NCBI GenBank assembly: GCA_035221665.1
Contig: CM069140.1
Span: forward strand, 9,920,001 to 9,984,000
From: Okamejei kenojei
Lineage: Eukaryota
Length of the DNA: 64,000 nt
Direction of reading: 5' to 3'
Shown: one piece after another, positions 54,131 through 64,000 of the stretch
Layout of the letters: each line of letters begins with the position of its first letter
Numbering within the stretch: the first letter of the stretch is position 1
Translations under genes and position numbers: made by a program
Notes under the pieces: model-generated
What the model saw: the letters and a program-made list of their open reading frames with translations, nothing else
Databases searched by the model: none
What the model was told of the DNA's origin: nothing

Positions 54131-54810
54131 GCTAGAGGCAGGAAACATGTTCCCAATGTTGGGGGAGTCCAGAACCAGGGGCCACAGTTTAAGAATAAGG
54201 GGTAAGCCATTTAGAACGGAGACGAGGAAAAACCTTTTCACACAGAGAGTTGGGAGTCTGGAATTCTCTGCCTCAGAGGGCGGTGGAGGCCGGTCCTCTG
54301 GATGCTTTCAGCAAGAGAGAGTTTGTTGAGCTCTTAAAGATAGCGGAGTCAAGGGATATGGGGAGAAGGCAGGAACGGGTACTGATTGGGGACGATCAGC
54401 CATGATCGCATTGAATGGCGGTGCTGGCTCGAAGGGCCGAATGGCCTCCTCCTGCACCTATTTTCTACGTTTCTATGCCTCTTAGAATAAAGGGGAGGTC
54501 ATTTAAGACTGAGGTGAGAAAAAACTTTTTCACCCAGAGAGTTGTGAATTTATGGAATTCCCGGCCACAGAGGGCAATGGAGGTCAAATCACTGGATGGA
54601 TTTAAGAGTTAGATAGAGCTCTAGGAGCTAGTGGAGTCAAGGGATATGGGGAGAAGGCAAACACGGGTTATTGATAGGGGACGATCAGCCATGATCACAA
54701 TGAATGGCGGTGCTGGCTCGAAGGGCCGAATGGCCTCCTCCTGTACCTATTTTCTATGTTTCTATGAAGGGCTGAATGGCCTCCTCCTGCACATATTGTC
54801 TATTGTCAAT
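54131..54810 (+). mobile_element. Two tandem CR1/HER1 LINE 3' ends
   Basis: ESRTRGHSLRIRG, FFTQRVVNLWNS and two tails. Confidence 0.85.
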
Positions 54811-55100
54811 GCACCAAGGCAATTTCTTTGTATGTATACATACTTGGCCAATAACATTTATTCAATTCAATAATTTCATATGTTCTAAGAGTAGGATTTG
54901 GCCATTCGGCCCATCGAGTCTACTCTGCCATTCATACATGGCTGATCTATCTTTCCCTCTCAACCGCATTTTCCTCCATTCTTCCCGTAACCCGTGACAC
55001 CCATACAAATCAAGAATATATCAATCTCTGCCTTAAAAAAGGCGCACACTCGCAGACATTCACTCTCTCACATGCACACACTCGCACACATACACACATG

Positions 55101-55135
<35 letters not shown>

Positions 55136-55167
55136 TCACACACACATTCACACACACACTCTCGTAC

Positions 55168-55569
55168 NNNNNNNNNNNNNNNNNNNNNNNNNNNNNNNNN
55201 NNNNNNNNNNNNNNNNNNNNNNNNNNNNNNNNNNNNNNNNNNNNNNNNNNNNNNNNNNNNNNNNNNNNNNNNNNNNNNNNNNNNNNNNNNNNNNNNNNNN
55301 NNNNNNNNNNNNNNNNNNNNNNNNNNNNNNNNNNNNNNNNNNNNNNNNNNNNNNNNNNNNNNNNNNNNNNNNNNNNNNNNNNNNNNNNNNNNNNNNNNNN
55401 NNNNNNNNNNNNNNNNNNNNNNNNNNNNNNNNNNNNNNNNNNNNNNNNNNNNNNNNNNNNNNNNNNNNNNNNNNNNNNNNNNNNNNNNNNNNNNNNNNNN
55501 NNNNNNNNNNNNNNNNNNNNNNNNNNNNNNNNNNNNNNNNNNNNNNNNNNNNNNNNNNNNNNNNNNNNN
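55168..55569. other. Assembly gap (N run) next to a CA repeat
   Basis: 402 N. Confidence 0.99.
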
Positions 55570-55851
55570 ATTTCCAGAGATCAATGAACCTGCCAACCTG
55601 CATGCCTTTGGGATGTGGGATGCAACTCAGGGGAAACCCATGCGGTCACAGGGTGAACATGCAAACTCCTCGCAGACAGCATTTGAGATCGGGACTGAAC
55701 GCAACCTGCCAGAGTTGTGTATAATAATCATGTAAAGTCACGCGACAAAAAAAATAGAAAAGAGAGAAAAAATAAAAGAAAAAAAGGCTTTCCACCTCAC
55801 ATCGGCTCACGTGACAATAAACTAAACTGAACCAAACCACGTGGAACCAAC

Positions 55852-55919
55852 CTGGTAAAATGCCCCTGCACTGATCGATACTCGGTCCATCAGCAGTTGT
55901 TGGGCAAAGTGGCTTCAGC
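55852..55919 (-). CDS. Next coding exon of the same unidentified minus-strand gene
   Basis: Acceptor catcttctcctgaatattcttgttcatcag|, donor CAG|gttggt; 68 nt; phase-2 entry continues the previous exon: (R)LKPLCPTTADGPSIDQCRGILP. Confidence 0.6.
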
Positions 55920-56732
55920 CTGATGAACAAGAATATTCAGGAGAAGATGGTTAGGCAATACTGGACCAGCTAACGTCTAATCCAAGTACCCCCCCCCCCG
56001 TCCCACATTGAATCTTCTCATTGCTGCGCCCATTTTATTAGCACCACCCACGTGCTAGGAGCAGATTTAGGCCATTCGGCCCATCAAGTCTACTCCGCCA
56101 TTCAATCATGGCTGATCTGTCTCTCCCTCTTAACCCCATTCTCCTGCCTTCTCCCCATAACCCCTGACACCCGTACTAATCAAGAATCTATCTATCTCTG
56201 CCTTAAACATATCCACTTACTTGGCCTACAGCCTTCGGAGGCAAAGAATTCCATAGATTCACCACCCTCTGATTAAACTAACTAAACTCTCACGTCACTA
56301 AGAAATGAACACACATTGGGCAGGTGCATGGGCAGGAGGGATATGGGTCACACACGGGCAGGCGGGACTATTGTAGATGTCACAGCTTGGTCGACAAGGG
56401 CAAGTCAGGCCGAAGGGGCTGTTTCCGTGCTGTGTGACTCGATGACTTTTACTTTTAGACTTTCCTTTGGAGATACAGTGTGGAAACAGGCCCTTCGGCC
56501 CACTGAGTCCGTGCCGACCAGCGATCGCCCACCATACCAGCACTGTCCTACACACGGTACATTTTTCAATTTACTGAGGACAATTAACCTACAAGCCTGC
56601 ACGTCATTCGAGCGTGGGAAGAGAAAACTGGAGCGCCCGGAGAAATTTCCCCGCGGTCACAGGAAAGAACGTACAAACTCCGTACAGACAGCACCTGTAG
56701 TTAGGATTTAACCCGGGTCTCTGATGCTGTAA

Positions 56733-56892
56733 GGGGCCTGTCCCACTTAGGCGATTTTTTCACAGTCGTAGCGTGATGGCTTCTCTGGACCCCCCCCCCC
56801 CCCCACGACAATGTCTGTCACCCAGTCGACATCAAGTTACGACAAGCTACGTCGACCGGCGACACAACTCCTCGCGACTTGGCACCGGCCCT
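56733..56892. mobile_element. Short Harbinger-like MITE inserted in a SINE
   Basis: ggggcctgtcccac...ggcaccggccct splits SINE 'gctg-TAA-ggcagc' with TAA duplicated. Confidence 0.7.
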
Positions 56893-57639
56893 TAAGGCAG
56901 CAATTCTAGTGTTGCCCCCCCCCCCCCCCCCCCCATGCTGCCGTATGTCTCTTTGACTGTCCTTTTGATTAGAGGTAACTAACAGCCATTTTGACAACTG
57001 ATAGACACAAAGCATGGAGATGCAAGGAACTGTAAAAGCTGGAACCTTGCATAGAATACTAAGTGCTGGGGTAAGTCAGTAAGTCAGGCAGTATCTTTGA
57101 ACAAGGGCCCCGACCCCAAATGTAGCCTGTCCATGTCCTCCAGAGATGCTGCCTGTCACATTGAGATACCCCAGCATTTTTGTGTTCTTGGGGAAAACAT
57201 TCCTTTGCCAAAATATATCACTCCCATTCACATTGCTAAAGTGGTACAGCTGGTAGAGCCTCTCTCACAGCGCCAGAGACCCGGGTTCGATCCTGACCTC
57301 GGGTGCTGCATGCGTGGAGTTTGCATGTTCACCCGGCGATCGAGTGGGTTGCCTCCCACTTCCCAAAAACATGAGAGACCTATGATTTGATTGGTCTCTG
57401 TGAAAGTGTTTCTAGTGTGTCGGGAGTGGATGAGAAAGCGATAAAGCAGAACTGGTGTGAACGGGTGATGGGTGGCCGGGGTGGGTCCAATGGGCCGAAG
57501 GGCCTGTTTCCGTGCTGTATCTTTCAATCAATGAATGACGTCCCAGAACCAGAATTCACACAGCACACCTCACAATCTCTGGTCATTCCATAGTACTGAG
57601 CAACCAAGGGAATATCTGTCGAGGTCACAAATGCAGTAA

Positions 57640-58575
57640 TCTATCCTTCACACGGGAAGCCGTACACATACCCCAGTTTGCATTGAAGGTGCCAAAGTAG
57701 AGATGGAAATCTTCAAATTCCCAGGAGTCAATATCATGTAACAATTACAGCACGGAAACACTTCCAGTCCGTGCTGACCAAGTCCCATCTAGCACTCAGA
57801 ATATCACCAACAACTTCTCCTGGACCGCCCATATTGAAGCAGCGACCAAGCACACCAACGCCTCTGCTTCCTTAGATGGCTTAGGATGTTTGGCATGTCC
57901 CCGACAACTCTCACCAACTTCCACAGGTGCGCCGCAGAACGCATTTTATCAGGATGCATCACAGCTTGGTTTGCGAACAGCTCCACCCAAGACCGCAAGA
58001 AATTGCAGCAAATTGTGGTCGCAGCCCTGACCATCACACAAGTCTGAAGAAGGGTCTCGACCCGGAAACATCTCCCATTCCTTCTCTCCAGAGTTGCTGC
58101 CTGTCCCAATAGACAATAGGTGCAGGAGTAGGCTATTCGGCCCTTCGAGCCAGCACTGCCATTTAATGTGATCATGGCTGATCATCCCCAATCAGTACCC
58201 CGTTCCTGCCTTCTCCCCATATCCCCCGACTCTGCTATTTTTAAGAGCCCTATCTAGCTCTCTCTCGAAAGCATCCAGAGAACCGGCCTCCACCGCCCGC
58301 TGAGTTACTCCAGCTTTTTGAGCATAACTTTGGTTTAAACCAGCATCTGCAGTTCCTTCTTACACACAAACCAACCTCCCTTCCATTGACTCCATTTACA
58401 CCTCACGCTGCCTCGGCAAGGCCAGCAGCATAATCGAGGACCAGTCGCACCCTGGCCGCTCCCTCTTCTCCCCTCTCCCATCAGGTAAAAGGTATCGAAG
58501 CGTGAAAACGCACACCTCCAAATTCAGGAGCAGTTTCTTCCCAGCTGTTATCAGGCAACTGAATCATCCTACCAC
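57640..58575 (+). mobile_element. Rex1/Babar-like LINE 3' fragment with nested insertions
   Basis: QRLCFLRWLRMFG...ILSGCITAWF, SHPGRSLFSPLPSGKRYRS...SFFPAVIRQLN; interrupted by pLTR cassette 58042-58362, itself interrupted by CR1 3' end 58108-58297. Confidence 0.8.
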
Positions 58576-58943
58576 AACTAAAGAGCAGCGCTGAACTACT
58601 ATCTACACCATTGTCTTTCAACTGACTGGTTAGCACGCAACAAAAGCTTTTCACTGTACCTCAGTACACATGACAATAAACTAAACGGAACTAAACTGAA
58701 CAATCCGTTCTTCGGTCTTGCTAACATTGACAGCAAGACTGTTGCCCCGGCACCAGTCAATCACATTAACAATATCCCTGCCTATTATTCGTGCAACAAT
58801 AGTGGTATCGATAGATAGTTACTGCTTTACACTCTGCCTCGTTACACATGACAATAAACTAAAAGTGAAACAAGATCCCATGAGAGTGGGGGGTGGGGTG
58901 GGGGGTGGGGGGGGGGGGGGGAGGGGGTCTTGCCGCGACATAC

Positions 58944-59077
58944 CTGGCTTTGAGCAGCTGACCAGCCACACGACGCCTCTCACAGACAGGCCTCTGCCCA
59001 CTTAGTAGACTCCTCATTCGTTCTATCTCGTCAAGGACTTCAGACTTCAGTTCGTCTCCTGGGGTAAAACACTGCCT
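58944..59077 (-). CDS. Coding exon of an unidentified minus-strand gene
   Basis: Strong acceptor ccccttgttcttcttttag|, donor CAG|gtatgt; 134 nt open in phase 0: RQCFTPGDELKSEVLDEIERMRSLLSGQRPVCERRRVAGQLLKA(R). Confidence 0.65.
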
Positions 59078-60510
59078 CTAAAAGAAGAACAAGGGGGTTG
59101 ATACATGCGATCTTAAGACTAGATAGACTGTGTGGAGTTTGCACGTTCTCCCCTTGACAGCGTGGGTTTCCCCCGGGTGCTCCGGTTTCCTCCCGCATCC
59201 CAAAGACGTGCTGGTCTGTAGGCTAATTGCACTCTGAAAGTGCCCCATAGTGTGTAGGGAGTGGATGAGAAAGTGGGAAAGCAGAACTGGTGTGTGCGGG
59301 TCTTCAGACTGCCAGGGACAGAGCTGAATAATGCAAATGAGGATCAAGTTGATCAAGAGGCGATTCAGCCACTGGACCAATGCCTGCTCTATTAGTCGCT
59401 TGGATCATATATGCAGCGCAGCATTGTGGTGGCATAGGACAGACACAAAATGTTGGCGTAACTCAGCGGGACAGGCAGCATCTCTGGAGAGACGGAATGG
59501 GTCGAGACCCTTCTTCAGACTGAGGTGGCATGTTGGGTTTCAAGTCTTTATACATGAAACATTGTCTCTTCAATGTATTTATGTTGTGATTCTATGCACG
59601 ACAAACTTGTGTTGCGCGCGCCAGGAGATTTGAAGACTTAACATGCAATTAGTGTTGTCGGGCTCCTTTGACACTGATCTACAATTAGGTAGAGTCATAG
59701 AGTCATACAGCACGGAAACAGGCCCTTCGGTCCAACCCATCCATGCTGGCCAACACGCACCATCACAGCTAGTCTCACTTCCCCACATTGTAGGCACAGG
59801 AACAGCAGGCGCTGGAATCTTGTCCAGAACACAGTGCTGGAGAAACACTTGGGCAGCATCTCTAGAGACTGCAGATGCTGAAGAAGGGTCCTGATCTGAA
59901 GCGTCGCCTATCCATGACCTCCAGAGATGCTGCCTGACCCGCTGAGTTATCCCAGCACTTTGTGTTATACCCATTTAGCACACATTTGGCCCTATCCCTC
60001 TAAACCTTTCCTATCCATGTTCCTGTCCAAATGACTTCAATGTTGTGGTAGTGTCTGCCTCAACTACCTCCTCTGGCAGCTTGGTCCATATACCCAGTAC
60101 CCTCCGTGTGAAAAAGTTGTCCCTAACCCATTCCCCTCTTACCCATGCCCTCTAGTTCCTGATTCCCCTGCCCTGGGAAAAAAGACATTCCCCTCATGAT
60201 TTTGCCCATCTCCATAAGATCACCCCTCAGCCTCCTGCGCTCCAAGGAATAAAGTCCTAGATTGTCTGACTGCCTCAGACATATTTTGGAACAGATCGGG
60301 GAGGTGACCTCCTGTCCACAAGGTGGCACACTTCTTCTCTACTTTGGAAAATTGAAACCTTTGGAAAATTGCAAAGTTGCTGCATTTGCACCCAGCATCA
60401 TTAGCATAGTATCAATGAGATTTCAACCTGATTGATAAAGTGAATATGTGATCCTTAGGCAACCTACACTTACACACTCTCTCATTCTAGACAGCAGTCT
60501 ATGGGGTGAG

Positions 60511-60861
60511 TAAGGTCGTCAACGTTCTCTCTCCCAAATAAGGAACAAAAGGTCAAAATATGGGCCGACGGCAATTCCCGACGGCAATTCGCTGACCGAC
60601 TCGGCCGTGGCTGGGTGAATGATGAGTTGGCCCGGGTGCTGGACTGCACACAAAGCCCAGCCGGCGGGGCCAGCTGAGGAGTTGTAGCCCGCGTGACGTC
60701 GCTCGCAAAGCCCGACACCCCGTCCAACTCATGAACCAATCATCGGAGCGCCCTCTTCTGTCTTCTTAGGACCCCTTCGGTCATGGCTGACCATGGGTGT
60801 CTCCAGGGTGCTATTCTCTATATGGAGGATAACAGCTAATACGGGACAGTTGGCAACCCTA
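60511..60861 (-). mobile_element. hAT-type MITE, deleted/chimeric copy
   Basis: Reverse-orientation copy of the same family; 60750-60830 replaced by a piece of the 63108-63410 repeat. Confidence 0.7.
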
Positions 60862-61612
60862 GTGCTGTGACACACTCTATTCTCCCATCTCTATTCTCTA
60901 TTCCACATTCGATTAGACTCTAGACTTCACTTTAGGCATACAGTGTGGAAACAGGCCCTTCAGCCCATCCATGTCCTTCACGTGACATGCTGACCACCAA
61001 CCAACCATACACTGGCACTATCCTACACACTAGGGATAATTTACATTTTTTTAACAAAGCCAATTAACCTAATAACGTGCACGACTTTGGAGTGTGGGAG
61101 GAAACCAGAGCGCCCGGAGAAAACCCACGCAGTCACAGAAATAACGTACAAACTCTGTACAGTAAACACCCTTAGTCAGGATCGAACCCAGGTCTCTGCC
61201 GCTCTAAGGCAGCAACTCTACCGCTGCGCCACTTTGCTGCCCCTGAGTATCTGGAAGATTTTTCCATCTTTTTAAGCCACTCAGCTCGAAAGAGTGCAGA
61301 AGAAGATCTACGAGGATGATGCCAGGACTCGGGGGCCTGTGCTACAGGGAGAGGACAGGCAGACTAAGACTTTTTTCCTTGGAGCTCAGGAAGCCGAGGA
61401 GTGATCTGACAGTAGAGTTGGGGAAATCAAGAACAGAGCACATAGGTTTAAGTTGAGAGAGTTTTAATAGGAACCTGAGGGGCAACATTTTCCCACAGTG
61501 GGTGATAGGTGTATGGAACGAGCTGCCACAGGAGATAGTGGAGACAGTACTATAACAACATTTAAAGGATATTTGGACAGGTACGTGGATAGGAAAGGTT
61601 TAAAGGGCCAAA

Positions 61613-62030
61613 GGTAGACACAAACTGCTGGAGTAACACAGCGGGTCAGGCAGCATCACTGGAGAGAAGGAATGGGCAACGTTTCGGGTCGAGACCCTTC
61701 TTCAGACTGATGTCAGGGTAGTGGGCGGGACAAAGATAGAATGTAGTCAGAGACAGTAAGACTAGTGGAAGAACTGGGAAGGGGAAGGGGATGGAGAGAG
61801 AGGGAAAGCAAGGGCTATTTGAAGTTAGAGGAGTCAATGTTCATACCGCTGGGGTGTAAGCTACCCAAGCGAAATATGAGGTGCTGTTCCTCCAATTTGC
61901 ACTGGGCCTCACTCTGGCCATGGAGGAGGTCCAGGAGAGAAAGGTCAGATTGGGAATGGGAGGGGGAGTTGGAGTGCTGAGCCACCGGGAGATCAGGTAG
62001 GTTAAGACGGACTCAGCGGAGTTGTTCAGA
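61613..62030 (-). mobile_element. Penelope-like 3' fragment (GIY-YIG end plus pLTR/hammerhead)
   Basis: Closely similar to 4134-4608; core at 61678-61705. Confidence 0.85.
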
Positions 62031-62259
62031 TCAGGAAGGTTAAGACGAACTGAGCGATGGTGTTAGAGGGCCAAATGCAGGCTAGTGGGACAGGCGTAGT
62101 TGGGGCATTTTGATCTAAGTGGACAAGTTGGGCCAAGAGACTTGTTTCTGTGCTCCATGACTCCATGAATACCTCCAGGCTATTCAATCTTGTTACTCCA
62201 GATTCAGCCATCAATTAATAATCCTGAGAAGAATGTGAATCCCAGATTCTATGGAATAA

Positions 62260-62566
62260 GTTTAGTTTAGTTTAGAGATATAGTGCAGAAACAGGCCCTT
62301 CGGCCCACCGAGTCTGTGCTGACCAGCGATCCCCATACACTGACAATATTCTACACGCACTAGGGACAATTTACAATTTAACCAAGCTTGTTAACCTTCA
62401 AACCTCTACGTCGTTGGAGTGTGGGAGGAAACCGGAGGTCCCGGAGAAAACCCACGCAGGTCACGGGGGGAACGTACAAACTCCGTGCAGACAGCGCCCG
62501 TAGTCGGGATGGATCCCGGGTCCCTGGCGCTGTGAGGCAGCAACTCCACCGCTGCGCCACCGTGCC
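62260..62566 (-). mobile_element. HE1-like tRNA-derived SINE
   Basis: Reverse copy beginning ggcacggtggcgcagcggtggagttgctgcc; (CTAAA)n tail. Confidence 0.85.
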
Positions 62567-63107
62567 GTGGATGAACCAATTGTAGAAACGTCCATCAAAT
62601 ATACTCTTAATGGTCATCCACTATAATCACATTTGCAATAACGTTGGAATTGGTATTGGTTTAATATTGCCGCAAGTACTGAGATATTGTAAAGGGCTTT
62701 ATTTGCGTGCTGTATGGTCACATCACACCATACATGAGAACAATGTAGCCATGCACAAATACATCGGGTCGTGCAAAGAGAAAAATACCAGAACGCAGAA
62801 TATACTGCGTGAGAGTTAGAGTGTTACAGTCATATATCTCCAATGAAGAATATCTTGCTTAATACTCCACTCATTTTATTGATTTTTTATCTCGTTTTTA
62901 TTTCTTTTTCTTTCTATTACTTATTTTTATTTCCTACTGTTATAAAATAATAAAAAAATATAGAAGTATAAATAAGATTGACTGTAAATTTTAAAAATAT
63001 TAAGAATGTATGTGACGAACAATATTTTCTTTTTTTCGATTTTATATTATTTCTTCTTAATATGTATTTCTAATGAAAATATTCTACAAAAAAAAAAAGA
63101 GTGTTAC

Positions 63108-63410
63108 AGTCACAGAGAAAGGTCGAGGGGGAGGTCTCTGACAACGAGCAATCCAACCAACGGTGGAACAGGCGGAGGACGATGGCTGATCTCAGTGGAG
63201 CCTCACAACGGCTGGGAAGGCGGATGAAGGCTGCAGCAGAAAAGGGTCTCCGGTCGTCCCGGACTCCGTGCCACTGGATGCTGACCCAGATCTGTCAAGG
63301 ACCGTGTGGTGGCTGTCTGTGCACCAGTCTCCCCACGTTAAACAAAGTCACGCACAGGCACCCTGGAGACACCCATGGTCACCCATGACAGAAGGGGGCC
63401 TAAGAAGAAG
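63108..63410 (+). mobile_element. Short interspersed element with (AAG)n tail, possibly RTE-derived
   Basis: 3' part repeated in reverse at 60750-60830; ends aagaagaag; family assignment tentative. Confidence 0.4.
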
Positions 63411-63784
63411 GAGAAAGTGCAGGTTTTTTTCAAAAGCGTCAGGTCTGCAATTGAGTAGGTTGGGAGACCGATACAACATCCTTCAGGGGCGGCACAGTTC
63501 CTGCCGTACAGTGCCAGGCCGTCCGGTGGGCTGAGAACAGGTTGGGAGAAGCTGTACCGGAAGCTGTTGGACATACTGCAGTCAACACTGTGATATCCTG
63601 CAAGATACTTCACAGGACTACCGCCAGACAAAACTAGACACTGAACAGTGTAAAGAGAGTTTACGGTGGCCACAGAATCATGGTCAAATTACACATTGTC
63701 TCAAAATGGAGGGGAGAGTTTGCCAGGGTGTTCCCAAGCTCAGCTTAAATATCACCAGTGGTGAAGAAAAGTAAGTTTACCGAG

Positions 63785-64000
63785 TAATGAAAGGCCTGGA
63801 TAGAGTGGATGTGGCGAGAGCGTTTCCACTAGTGGGAGAGTCTAGGACCAGAGGGCACAGCCTCAGAATAAAAGGACGTACCTTGAGAAAGGAGATGAGG
63901 AGGAATTTCTTTCATCAGAGGGTGGTGAATCTGCGGAATTCATTGCCACAGATGGCTGTGGAGGCCAAGTCATTGGAGTTAGATTTAGCTCTTAGGGCTA
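63785..64000 (+). mobile_element. CR1/HER1 LINE 3' fragment (runs off the window)
   Basis: GESRTRGHSLRIKG...FFHQRVVNL. Confidence 0.8.

Noticed and set aside
54994-55724. Long ORFs containing X
   Set aside because: Span the N gap
43800-64000. Expected MTF2 3' exons from human synteny
   Set aside because: No Tudor/PHD or MTF2 C-terminal sequence recognised

Overview
Vertebrate genomic DNA, most likely a cartilaginous fish (skate/ray-type repertoire of CR1/HER1 LINEs, HE1-like tRNA SINEs and Penelope remnants; inferred, not database-checked). One complete gene is supported: TMED5 (+), 4 coding exons at 16767-39517, 227 aa. It lies head-to-head across a CpG-rich promoter with a minus-strand gene whose first coding exon (MNQRRFLFVCLIISVLY-W, phase 2) resembles SUCO. 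Downstream, at least two phase-compatible minus-strand exons (58944-59077, 55852-55919) indicate a third gene that I cannot identify. The rest is repeat-dense: CR1, L2, Rex/Babar and Penelope fragments, SINEs, a Tc1 IR/DR element, and hAT and Harbinger MITEs, with one N gap. The most striking signal is roughly 25 short Penelope-derived cassettes with a minimal type I hammerhead core (CUGAAGA-A-stem II-GAAACGUC). Several insert alone, often as inverted pairs, with 7-19 bp target duplications. Most ORFs in the track are spurious or TE-derived.
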